In this document: piece after piece, positions 8,895 to 16,567 of the stretch | How the letters are laid out: every line of letters begins with the position of its first letter | Numbering within the stretch: the stretch's first letter is position 1 | Assembly (NCBI RefSeq): GCF_000698785.1 | Contig: NZ_CP007536.1 | Location: forward strand, 420,001-452,000 | DNA: 32,000 nt | Direction of reading: 5' to 3' | Source of the DNA: Nitrososphaera viennensis EN76 | GTDB taxonomy: Archaea > Thermoproteota > Nitrososphaeria > Nitrososphaerales > Nitrososphaeraceae | The notes under the pieces: generated by a model | Told to the model about the DNA's origin: nothing | Databases searched by the model: none | Seen by the model: the letters and a program-made list of their open reading frames with translations, nothing else | Made by a program: the position numbers and the translations under genes

Positions 8895-9320
8895 ATGAAG
8901 GCGCGCTGGCCCGCCGGCACGATCCCAAAGGTCAAGACGTTCAAGGTCTACGAAGTAGACGAAAGCAAGCACCTGCTAGTATCAGACGAAATTACCTGCG
9001 TGCAGGTCAAAGACTACGTCATCCCATTCCTTGCAGGCAAACCCGAGACGCTAGCGCAGTTTCCGTCAGTCAGGGTGGACATGGGAGCGGTCAAGTTTGT
9101 GTGCAACGGCGCCAAGGTGCTCAGGCCCGGAATAGTCGAGTTTGGCAGCTTCAAAAAGGGCGACATTGTCACAGTGCAGGACCAGACGCACGGCAAGATG
9201 CTTGCCGTCGGCATTGCGCTTGAGGACAGCGAGACTGCAAAGACAATGCAAAAGGGCTATGTCGTCGACAACCTGCACTACATCAGCGACAAAATATGGG
9301 AAGCGTACAAGGAAATCTGA
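8895..9320 (+). CDS. PUA-domain RNA-binding protein (archaeal Tma20/MCT-1-like)
   Basis: C-terminal PUA pattern VRVDMGAVKFVCNGAKVLRPGIVEF...GDIVTVQD...KMLAVGIAL. Tandem TGA-TGA stops. The frame is open upstream to 8838 with no ATG/GTG/TTG (see findings). Confidence 0.75.
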   Translation: MKARWPAGTIPKVKTFKVYEVDESKHLLVSDEITCVQVKDYVIPFLAGKPETLAQFPSVRVDMGAVKFVCNGAKVLRPGIVEFGSFKKGDIVTVQDQTHGKMLAVGIALEDSETAKTMQKGYVVDNLHYISDKIWEAYKEI

Positions 9321-9395
9321 TGATGCCGATGATATCTCCATAATGCTTGGGAGCGAGAAAATGGCTTTTCCTTATTCAGTACCTGTATCTGGTAA

Positions 9396-9417
9396 AGATT
9401 TAAAGATAGATTTAAAT
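9396..9417 (+). promoter_or_regulatory. Duplicated AGATTTAAA box (12-nt period)
   Basis: AGATTTAAA occurs at 9396-9404 and again at 9408-9416. The second copy sits 24-33 nt upstream of TTG 9441. Confidence 0.4.
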
Positions 9418-9440
9418 CATACCTGTTCTACACAAGGCTA

Positions 9441-10121
9441 TTGTCTAACAACGGGCAGGCCACCTCAACCGTCGAAACAGCCACCCACGTACGTGATGTA
9501 TCCAGACAGGCCGCAGTAGCAGAATTAGAGAACATAGGCGTCAATGCAAGTCTTTTCGAATCGCTTACAGTAGACCAGCTTTCGGATCTCCTGTACAATC
9601 TCAATAGGGTAATCATAAATTCAAATGCCAATCCAATGAACCACCAAAGAACGAAAGGAGTCGTTCTCTCTGCAGTTGACAGAAAAATATTGAAGGCATT
9701 GCTGGAATGTGGCGGCAACCCCTCCTCTCTACAATTATCAAGGGAATTAGACATACCACTAACCACTGTTCAACGAAGGCGGAAACGGCTTGAGGAGGAA
9801 TTCATCAGCGAATCATACAGCCTAAGGTATGAGAAATTCGGCAAAAGGCATATCACATTTATCGTATCGCTTGGTGTGGGAGACAGATATGAAGTCACAA
9901 AGGAAATTCTTGTTCTTGAAAAAGTGAGTGCCCTCACCAGTACGTTTGGAGACGGGGCAGACCTAAAGGTTGAAGCAATACTGGACAGCAACCAAGAATT
10001 CATAGAGATATCCGAGAAAATCAAGTCCATTTCGGGTATCCAGAAAATCTCGTGGTTTGAGTCAATTGAAGTCTTGGGAAGAAAGAAAGAGACCGATCTC
10101 TCAATAATAGGAGAGGAGTAG
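9441..10121 (+). CDS. Lrp/AsnC-like regulator with N-terminal extension, low GC
   Basis: HTH VDRKILKALLECGGNPSSLQLSRELDIPLTTVQRRRKRLEEE plus a RAM-like domain. The ORF runs from TTG 9441; ATG 9636 is the alternative and would give 161 aa. Local GC is about 37-47% in counted 60-nt blocks, against about 53% in the neighbouring gene. Confidence 0.65.
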   Translation: MSNNGQATSTVETATHVRDVSRQAAVAELENIGVNASLFESLTVDQLSDLLYNLNRVIINSNANPMNHQRTKGVVLSAVDRKILKALLECGGNPSSLQLSRELDIPLTTVQRRRKRLEEEFISESYSLRYEKFGKRHITFIVSLGVGDRYEVTKEILVLEKVSALTSTFGDGADLKVEAILDSNQEFIEISEKIKSISGIQKISWFESIEVLGRKKETDLSIIGEE

Positions 10122-10133
10122 GAGAGAGAAAGC

Positions 10134-10736
10134 CTAGTTCCTTATCGGAACCGTCTCTTCCCTTGTGCCGTTACGGCTCACAACCAGCAGGTCAATCCCA
10201 TCGCCTGACGAGGCGTCGCGCTGCGTTGCTGATCTGACTGCCTTTATTGCCAATTCCCGGGCGTTTTCCTCGCTCATGCCCTGCTTGAACTCTGCGTCCA
10301 TTATGCCTAGCGCCATTTCCGCGCCCGTGCCGACTGCCGCGTACTCGTCTGGAAGGACCGAGCCGAGCGGATCAAGCGTATAGATCTCTGGCTTGTCGTT
10401 TACACCGCCGACAATGACCTGGGTGAGGAGCGGAAAGTACCTGCGCTCAAACATGATGACTGACATCAGCTTGGCGACAGAGTTTGGTGCAACCTCGCGC
10501 CTTGTCTCCAGCTTGCGGATTTTCGCAAGTGCCTCGACCTGCCTGACAAGGACCGTCATGTCTGCCACCATGCCTGCGCAGGCAGCACCCACATGCTGGG
10601 TGACAGGGAATGTCTTTTTCATGTTCTTGTTTACGACAAAGTTGCCAAACGAAACCCTCTTCTCTGCGGCCAGGACCACGCCATTGTTGTACGAGATTCC
10701 TACCACGGTAGCGCCCGGCATGAATTCAAAGGCCAT
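10134..10736 (-). CDS. psmB: Proteasome beta subunit
   Basis: Short propeptide MAFEFMPGA followed by TVVGISYNNGVVLAAEKR. Ntn-hydrolase beta-subunit pattern, with GAACAGMVADM. Confidence 0.9.
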   Translation of the reverse strand: MAFEFMPGATVVGISYNNGVVLAAEKRVSFGNFVVNKNMKKTFPVTQHVGAACAGMVADMTVLVRQVEALAKIRKLETRREVAPNSVAKLMSVIMFERRYFPLLTQVIVGGVNDKPEIYTLDPLGSVLPDEYAAVGTGAEMALGIMDAEFKQGMSEENARELAIKAVRSATQRDASSGDGIDLLVVSRNGTREETVPIRN

Positions 10737-10791
10737 ATATCTATCGCTCTAATTCGCGCTGGCAGTTAGATATAGTCGTTTCCGTCCCCAT

Positions 10792-12447
10792 CTAGGCGTG
10801 CTTTAGGACGGAATAGTCGTGGATCCTGATTGCTTCAGAGACGAGGCGGTTCTGCAGCTCCAGAGCTTCCTTGCCTTCAGGGTGCTTGGCGCTTGCTATG
10901 GATTCTGCGACCATGTTGATGATGTGCCTCAGCAAAAACTCGTCGCCCCTTGAAGACTCTGCCTTGTACGTCGAGTTGGCCTTGTTCACAAAAACGACGT
11001 TGTCGCTTGTGAAACTATAGCGCGAGTCTGACTCGTCCTCGTACGGGATTACCTTGAAGCCGATCCTCTTTAGCGCAAACGTCTTTTTCACGATTGGCTT
11101 GCGGATCTTTTTCGTCCTGATGACCGTGCCGTCGACCTGCTTTTCGTCAACGACATCGACTACCTCTCCGCCCTGGACGCCTGCCGTCGCCTCCTCCACC
11201 GGCACGGACCGGTATGATTGCGGCTCGGCTATTGCTGTCTCTTGCCTTGCGTGCTCGGCCTTGCCCATGCCGCTGCTTTCAGGCGCAATCGGCTTGATCT
11301 CTTCGTATTCCTGCACCTGCGCGCCGGCAGACCTTGCCGGGTGCTCATCATCATCATCGTCTTTGCCAGATTTGGTACCAGTCCTCACGACCTCCTTTAC
11401 GTCGACCATCTCGTAGCCCTGCACTTCCTCCTGCGTCTCCAGAGTCTCAACCATCGCCTGGCCTAGAACCTTGTCTATCTCCCTATAGATCTTTGACTCT
11501 TCTCTTGTGATCAGGACGTCTTCGTACTCGGTCAGGCTGGGGATTACGGTGTCAATGACAAACGTCTTCATGGCCTGGTTGAACTTGAGGTATTCCTCGT
11601 CCTCTATCAGTGCCGACTTGTCGGCAAACCTCGACGTGAGCGTGTCGCACCTGACATAGCCGGTGACGCGGTTGAGCTTTGTGTCAAAGCCAAAGTTGCT
11701 GCGAGTCACAATGTGGTTTCCGACCATGACTGCGATCCCGCGCTCCTCGTCCGAAAGCGGCCTGCGCGCTATTACTATCTCGCCCGTTATCCTGCCACCG
11801 TCAAGGCTGACTGGGATCTTGTGGCCCTGGATGTCCGGCGCCGTTATCTTTTGAGCGCCGGAAAAGTCCCACTCTGAGAACGAGTCGGCAGACTTGATGA
11901 ATACCTCGAACATGGGCTGCCGCAGTATTGCCAGCTTGCGGATCTCCTTTGCCAGCTTGAAGATGTCGCTTTCGACCTTTGATCCGGACATTACAAGCTC
12001 GGTTCCGTCGCGCTTTAGCGCCGGCTCGTTCAGGTCGTCAAGTGCGGCGTTTCCTGTGAAAAGCCTGTCAAGGACGTTTCCGTCGATCATGAATGCCTTG
12101 TGGAATGAGCCTCGCCTCGTCCTTATCTTCATGCTGTCAAATGATGTGAGAAACGACAGCCTGCCGGTGCCGTACCTGCCCGTCCTTATCCTCTTTAATT
12201 TCGGGGAAATAGACTCGATCTTTTTGTGAGGCGAGCCGAGAAGCAAGAACTTTTCCATGCCGTTCTGGTCCATTCCTGCGTCATCCTCTATCGATATTCC
12301 GTTCTTCAGGACTGTCACGAGAACCTTCGTTGCATCTTCATCAAAGGCGTTTTCAACCAGCTCTTTGACGATTTCAGTTGGGGAAACCCACGTTTTAGTT
12401 GCGAATTCCTTGAAAAACGACGGGTGAACCTTGAGTTGAGTGGCCAT
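10792..12447 (-). CDS. GHKL-superfamily ATPase (HATPase_c_3 / MORC-like) with acidic linker and an uncharacterised C-terminal domain
   Basis: Bergerat-fold motifs ELVENAFDEDA, IEDDAGMD and GRYGTGRLSF. I set the start to ATG 12445-12447, 25-33 nt downstream of a minus-strand TTTAATAAA box (plus-strand coordinates 12472-12480). Confidence 0.75.
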   Translation of the reverse strand: MATQLKVHPSFFKEFATKTWVSPTEIVKELVENAFDEDATKVLVTVLKNGISIEDDAGMDQNGMEKFLLLGSPHKKIESISPKLKRIRTGRYGTGRLSFLTSFDSMKIRTRRGSFHKAFMIDGNVLDRLFTGNAALDDLNEPALKRDGTELVMSGSKVESDIFKLAKEIRKLAILRQPMFEVFIKSADSFSEWDFSGAQKITAPDIQGHKIPVSLDGGRITGEIVIARRPLSDEERGIAVMVGNHIVTRSNFGFDTKLNRVTGYVRCDTLTSRFADKSALIEDEEYLKFNQAMKTFVIDTVIPSLTEYEDVLITREESKIYREIDKVLGQAMVETLETQEEVQGYEMVDVKEVVRTGTKSGKDDDDDEHPARSAGAQVQEYEEIKPIAPESSGMGKAEHARQETAIAEPQSYRSVPVEEATAGVQGGEVVDVVDEKQVDGTVIRTKKIRKPIVKKTFALKRIGFKVIPYEDESDSRYSFTSDNVVFVNKANSTYKAESSRGDEFLLRHIINMVAESIASAKHPEGKEALELQNRLVSEAIRIHDYSVLKHA

Positions 12448-12620
12448 CTCGTGAGAAGTAAGCTGTATACCTTTATTAAATATGCGCACGGTGCAACGAT
12501 TAACAATCTACTCTAACGGTTCTGACCTGAAAAAGAGGGCAAGCTTGCATTTTCTGGGTTGTTCTCAACTCTGCGCAAAAAGATGGGTGGTGGCGGCAGT
12601 AGTGATGTGGTTGCGTTGCC

Positions 12621-13019
12621 TCAGCTGCCTGTTACCTTGAGGGTGCCCACCATGGCAGGATGGAGCGAGCAAAAGTACGGGTAGTCTCCTGCTTGCGTTG
12701 GCTTGAATTCAAGCGTCTTGCCTGGCGGAATCAGCTCCGGGCTCTTGTCAGGCTTGGTGCCGAACTTGCCGTCTGGAGCTCCGCTTGAGCCTGACTCTAC
12801 CGTGTGCAGAGCGCCATCCTTATTCGTCCATACCACCGTATCACCCACGTGTGCTTCGGCCGGGTTTGAAGAAAATGCGTCGTTTGTTTTGGTCGATGCT
12901 CCTGGCACAATGTCGATGTTGACATTGGCAGCATAGGCTGCCTGGCCTGCAAGAGCAAACGCGGCTGTTGCCAAAATGGCCGCAATTCCTGCGGCCAGTG
13001 TTGTTGCTTTTCTGTTCAT
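12621..13019 (-). CDS. Secreted or membrane-anchored type-1 blue copper protein (cupredoxin, amicyanin/plastocyanin-like)
   Basis: Signal/anchor MNRKATTLAAGIAAILATAAFALA. Copper ligands are His in GALHTV and C-x2-H-x2-M in FCSLHPAM. A TTTATAAAAAA box lies upstream. Confidence 0.88.
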   Translation of the reverse strand: MNRKATTLAAGIAAILATAAFALAGQAAYAANVNIDIVPGASTKTNDAFSSNPAEAHVGDTVVWTNKDGALHTVESGSSGAPDGKFGTKPDKSPELIPPGKTLEFKPTQAGDYPYFCSLHPAMVGTLKVTGS

Positions 13020-13243
13020 CAATAGCCGCGACCTTTATAAAAAATTAAAAGAGTTTTGAAAAAAATGTAGAAAACTGTTGTAAGGTGTTTCCTGCCCCTC
13101 CCCAAGAGGGATGAGGCCCTTTTCGGCAGTCTCTGTGCCTTTGCTTGTCAGGCCATTTCTGACAATTGCCAGTGGGATGGCCCTGCTGCTGTAGTAGCAT
13201 CCTGGCCGCAAGCTAGATATGTTTTTCCACGCAAAACCCTGCC

Positions 13244-13393
13244 GTGAACAAATGCGCCTGCGGCAGGGAAGTCAAGTCGTTTGAAGCGTGCTCTCCGCTT
13301 GGGTGCACGACGTTCTTTGTATGCTCGGGATGCTTCAAGGAGACTGCCAGTTGTTCTTGCAGCTCTTCTGCGGATATTACTACTACTGCATGA
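13244..13393 (+). CDS. Possible Cys-rich micro-protein (49 aa)
   Basis: Starts at GTG: VNKCACGREVKSFEACSPLGCTTFFVCSGCFKETASCSCSSSADITTTA, with 8 Cys. An in-frame stop sits at 13214-13216. The 3' end overlaps the aRF1 stop by 11 nt. GC3 is only about 55% and the promoter is weak, so this call is tentative. Confidence 0.3.
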   Translation: MNKCACGREVKSFEACSPLGCTTFFVCSGCFKETASCSCSSSADITTTA

Positions 13394-14666
13394 TCCTGTA
13401 GCGCAGGACTGCGCCTATCTTGCCAAGTGATCCCAGCTGCGCGCCTTCCTCTGTCTGGCCGGAAATCACCTCAAGCCGAGTCCCTGTCATTGTCGCAAGC
13501 TCCTGCAGGTAATCGACGATGTCTTTTTCAACGACTTCAAAATCGGACGTGCCGCAGACAGGGCATGGCTTTGACAGGACCTCCTGCTTGGTCGCGGTGA
13601 GCGCCGCGCGGTCGATTATCTTTTCCTGCACGTTCTTGCAGGACTCGCACTTGAAATCCAGTTTCACGTAGGAAATATCGCTCGTGACGAGCACGAGGTC
13701 TGCCATGTTGCCCTGCAGCGCCTTGACGACGTCGAAAATGCCGTAGATGCCAAGGCCCTTGCTCGAATGGACCTCGCCCATGAACTTTCTGATGAGCTGC
13801 TTTTCCTCCATGACGCGAAATTCAGCCAAAATGCCGTCCTTTTGCGCCTTGTCTATTATCTCGCGCACGCCTTCGTCGCCAGAGTACGAGGTGTCAAGCG
13901 TCGCCAGCACGTTGTTCTGGAGGCGGTAATCGAGGTACTCTTCCTTCAGAAAATTCTCCTTGGTCGGGCCCGGCCCGCCGACAATTATTCCCCTGACGTT
14001 GAACTGGTCGATAAAGACTGCCTTGGCGTGGTCCGCGACGCGGTGGTAGTATTCGTTCAGCTCGTTGTCGCGCAGGCGCTCAAACCTTCGGGCGGACTGC
14101 CCTCCCTGCCGGTGCTTGCCTGCCACGCCAGAGGTCAATGAATCAATCGCTTCCCACCTGTCGCCAGTCAGTATGCCAAGGCCTGCCTCCTGGGTGTCTA
14201 TGGCAAGGATGCCGATCACCTTTTCGTCTTTTAGCATCTCCCTGAGGTGGTCGGTCCAGAAGTGGTCGTCACACCTGTACAGGCTGATCTGTACCGGCTT
14301 TGGTGGTATGACCGACGTCAGCTCTATCTTTTCGGTGCCAAAGCCCTTGCCCGTCGGTATGGCACCACAGAATATCACCAGGCCGTTTTCGGGCGTCTCT
14401 TTGAACAGTTTCAGGTGCTCCATGGTCCTGCTCAGGGCGTCCTGCACGTGGTTCCTTGTCAGGTCTGACTTGATGTTGGACGCAGTGCCCGCCTCGTTGC
14501 GCAGCTGCGAAATGACATCAAATATCGGGCGCCTTGGAGGCACGTACACGGTGACAAGCTCGGTGCCATGGCCGGTTATACTTGACAGTTCGTTTATCAT
14601 CTTGGTCAGCTTGTACCGCTTGACCGAGTCCCACTTTTCTGCGCCATTATTATTGCCGTTTCCCAT
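13383..14666 (-). CDS. prf1: Peptide chain release factor aRF1
   Basis: NIKS (TASNIKS) and GGQ (HRQGGQSARRF) motifs. CESC...CPVC mini-domain. I set the start to ATG 14664-14666 (MGNGNNNGAEKW...); the 74-aa ORF-track extension crosses the promoter region. The gene ends with three in-frame stops, TAG-TAG-TAA. Confidence 0.92.
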   Translation of the reverse strand: MGNGNNNGAEKWDSVKRYKLTKMINELSSITGHGTELVTVYVPPRRPIFDVISQLRNEAGTASNIKSDLTRNHVQDALSRTMEHLKLFKETPENGLVIFCGAIPTGKGFGTEKIELTSVIPPKPVQISLYRCDDHFWTDHLREMLKDEKVIGILAIDTQEAGLGILTGDRWEAIDSLTSGVAGKHRQGGQSARRFERLRDNELNEYYHRVADHAKAVFIDQFNVRGIIVGGPGPTKENFLKEEYLDYRLQNNVLATLDTSYSGDEGVREIIDKAQKDGILAEFRVMEEKQLIRKFMGEVHSSKGLGIYGIFDVVKALQGNMADLVLVTSDISYVKLDFKCESCKNVQEKIIDRAALTATKQEVLSKPCPVCGTSDFEVVEKDIVDYLQELATMTGTRLEVISGQTEEGAQLGSLGKIGAVLRYRIMQ

Positions 14667-14730
14667 GGATCGCCGTAACAGCAAAAATCCGCACGCACAT
14701 AATATAAAACTACGCAAAAAACCCGCAAGA

Positions 14731-14739
14731 CTATATAAG
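14731..14739 (+). promoter_or_regulatory. TATA-like box for the HTH-CBS regulator gene
   Basis: CTATATAAG is centred about 29 nt upstream of TTG 14764. A minus-strand TTTTATATTA (about 14697-14706) serves the divergent aRF1 gene. Confidence 0.45.
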
Positions 14740-14763
14740 TTGAAAAAGACAAAATCAAGTTGT

Positions 14764-15318
14764 TTGCTACCGCGCCTAGAGTACATAAAACAGGCAAGGA
14801 TGCGCCTTGGAATAACCCAGCGCAAGCTGGCCGGTCTCACGGGGGTGAGCACCTCCATGATAAACCAGATCGAGTCGGGAAGGTGCAAGCCCAGCTACGA
14901 GACTGCGCGCAAGATCTTTGAAGCCCTTGGCTCGCTTGAGGGCAGGACGTCGATGAAGGCCGGCGACATCTGCAGCAGGAAACTGATATCCGTCCAGAGG
15001 GACGAGCAGCTCCACGAGGCGATAGACATGATGCGCCAAAACTCTATCAGCCAGATACCCGTGCTTGACGGCTCAAAGGTGGTCGGGATACTGACTGAGG
15101 ACGGCCTTGCCAAGATAATGGTGGAAAAGGACGAGGGCGAGCTCAAGGACGTCAAGGTTTACCAGGTGATGGAGTCGCCTCCGCCCATAGTAGACGTGTC
15201 GACGCCCGCAAAGGCCCTAGTACCGCTTGTGCGGTTTGCAAAGTGCATACTTGTAAGCGAAAAGGGAAACGTGATGGGAATAGTGACGATAACTGACACG
15301 CTAAAAATGGTCGAGTAG
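14764..15318 (+). CDS. XRE-type HTH plus CBS-pair transcriptional regulator
   Basis: LEYIKQARMRLGITQRKLAGLTGVSTSMINQIESG forms the HTH_3 domain, followed by two CBS motifs (ISQIPVLDGSKVVGILTE, ILVSEKGNVMGIVTITD). TTG 14764 is preferred because it keeps HTH helix 1; ATG 14800 is the alternative. The upstream 233 aa of the ORF-track entry are antisense to aRF1. Confidence 0.8.
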   Translation: MLPRLEYIKQARMRLGITQRKLAGLTGVSTSMINQIESGRCKPSYETARKIFEALGSLEGRTSMKAGDICSRKLISVQRDEQLHEAIDMMRQNSISQIPVLDGSKVVGILTEDGLAKIMVEKDEGELKDVKVYQVMESPPPIVDVSTPAKALVPLVRFAKCILVSEKGNVMGIVTITDTLKMVE

Positions 15319-15330
15319 CGACTACTACTA

Positions 15331-15495
15331 TTACTTGTCGCGCAGGCTTTCCAGGCCGACGCAGCAGTCAGCGCACTTCATGCACTCGCCGCAGATGCTG
15401 ACCTCGCTTCCCACCGGGAGTGTCGTGCCGCAGAGGGCGCATTCCTTTCTTTGTGGTGGTGCCTGCACTTGCGCTTTCTTCACGAAGGCATACAC
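15331..15495 (-). CDS. Small zinc-ribbon protein (54 aa), absent from the ORF track
   Basis: VYAFVKKAQVQAPPQRKECALCGTTLPVGSEVSICGECMKCADCCVGLESLRDK. High GC3. A minus-strand TTTAATTATTT box lies about 35-40 nt upstream. GTG start (15495 or 15483). Followed by TAA-TAG-TAG-TAG. Confidence 0.5.
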   Translation of the reverse strand: MYAFVKKAQVQAPPQRKECALCGTTLPVGSEVSICGECMKCADCCVGLESLRDK

Positions 15496-15565
15496 ACAGA
15501 CTCGGTATTTGAATTCTTCTGCCTTTCCAAATAATTAAACGGCGAAGGTTTTTGGCATTCGATTG

Positions 15566-16396
15566 CTACTGCAGAAGAAAGAGCGTTGCAACGCCTATGG
15601 CAAAGCAATAGAACGCAAAAAGGTAGAACTTGCCCTTGATAACAAGCTTGATGAGCGCGCGGATTGACACATATCCAACAACTGCAGAGACAAGCGCACC
15701 GGCCACATACGACTCGATGCCTATCGAGGAAAGCAGTACCTTCTCCTCTTCTTCCATTGTTAAAGTGTCGACAATGGTGGCGCCTAAAATGGCGGGGATT
15801 GACAATAGGAAAGAATACCTTACGAGTTGCTCTCTTTCTACGCCCCTGAACAGCCCGGCAGAGAGCGTTGCGCCGCTCCTCGATATGCTGGAAAATATCG
15901 AGATTCCCTGTCCAACTCCGATTAGCACGGCATCTAAAGAGTTTAGATTCTTGTGCCCTTGTTTTAGAAATCCTGTTATCAGCACAAGCGCCCCGGTAAT
16001 AACAAATCCGGTGGCAATTGAAACTGGATCGTAAAAGGAAGACTCAAAGAAGGAGCGGAACACTATGCCAATTATGCCAGTGGGTACTGTACCGACTATT
16101 ATCAGCAAGAGCATCCTTCTTCCTTGGGGATATTTTAGTCCGGCCGCACCTGGATTTTTTGAAGCAAAAATGGACCTTGCAATCCCTGCCAAGTCTCTTC
16201 GATATATTGCAAAAACTCCCGCCAGGGTGCCGATGTGGAGGATTACGTCAAAGAAAACGGGGACTTGCAAGTCCATCGCGAGCTGGACAAGGGCAAGGTG
16301 TCCAGAGCTGGAAATTGGCAGCCATTCTGTCAGCCCTTGCACTATTCCAAGCATAATTGATTGAAAAATGTCTACTGCCGCCAAGCTGCTATACAA
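15566..16396 (-). CDS. uppP: Undecaprenyl-diphosphate phosphatase (BacA/UppP)
   Basis: LGIVQGLTEWLPISSSGHL signature in a polytopic membrane protein. TTG start at 16394-16396 is uncertain. Confidence 0.88.
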   Translation of the reverse strand: MYSSLAAVDIFQSIMLGIVQGLTEWLPISSSGHLALVQLAMDLQVPVFFDVILHIGTLAGVFAIYRRDLAGIARSIFASKNPGAAGLKYPQGRRMLLLIIVGTVPTGIIGIVFRSFFESSFYDPVSIATGFVITGALVLITGFLKQGHKNLNSLDAVLIGVGQGISIFSSISRSGATLSAGLFRGVEREQLVRYSFLLSIPAILGATIVDTLTMEEEEKVLLSSIGIESYVAGALVSAVVGYVSIRALIKLVIKGKFYLFAFYCFAIGVATLFLLQ

Positions 16397-16567
16397 CCTG
16401 TTCTTTTAGCAAGCATAAATACACATTGACATTTCTTGTGCACTTAAAATTAATCTATGTAGATGAGTTACTAAAGCAGTGATGTGGTAGGGGATAGATA
16501 TATCGTATAATTAATCAAGCAACGGTTTTAAGCGGCAGGCCACCCTGTCGTTCCAGCTGCAAGAAAA

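Noticed and set aside
9318-9390. TGATGA at the PUA gene stop, considered as a C-box of a C/D-box sRNA.
   Set aside because: It is simply the tandem TGA-TGA stop. There is no D box (CTGA) or C'/D' arrangement within 50-70 nt downstream.
14065-14763. N-terminal 233 aa of the 417-aa plus-strand ORF 14065..15318.
   Set aside because: This part is antisense to aRF1 and has no motifs. The recognisable HTH-CBS protein begins near 14764, just downstream of a TATA-like box.
13383-14888. ORF-track N-terminal extensions of aRF1. Similar extensions affect AIM24 (to 8826), gap (to 18420), trpC (to 27077), cdc6 (from 26911) and the GHKL ATPase (to 12489).
   Set aside because: The extensions run through TATA-like boxes or divergent promoter regions and add non-conserved-looking residues ahead of the family N-termini. 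I chose the internal ATG codons instead.
15335-15538. 67-aa plus-strand ORF.
   Set aside because: Its translation is motif-free. The opposite strand encodes a CxxCG/CxxC zinc ribbon with strong GC3 bias and a promoter-like box, so the plus-strand ORF is most likely the shadow.
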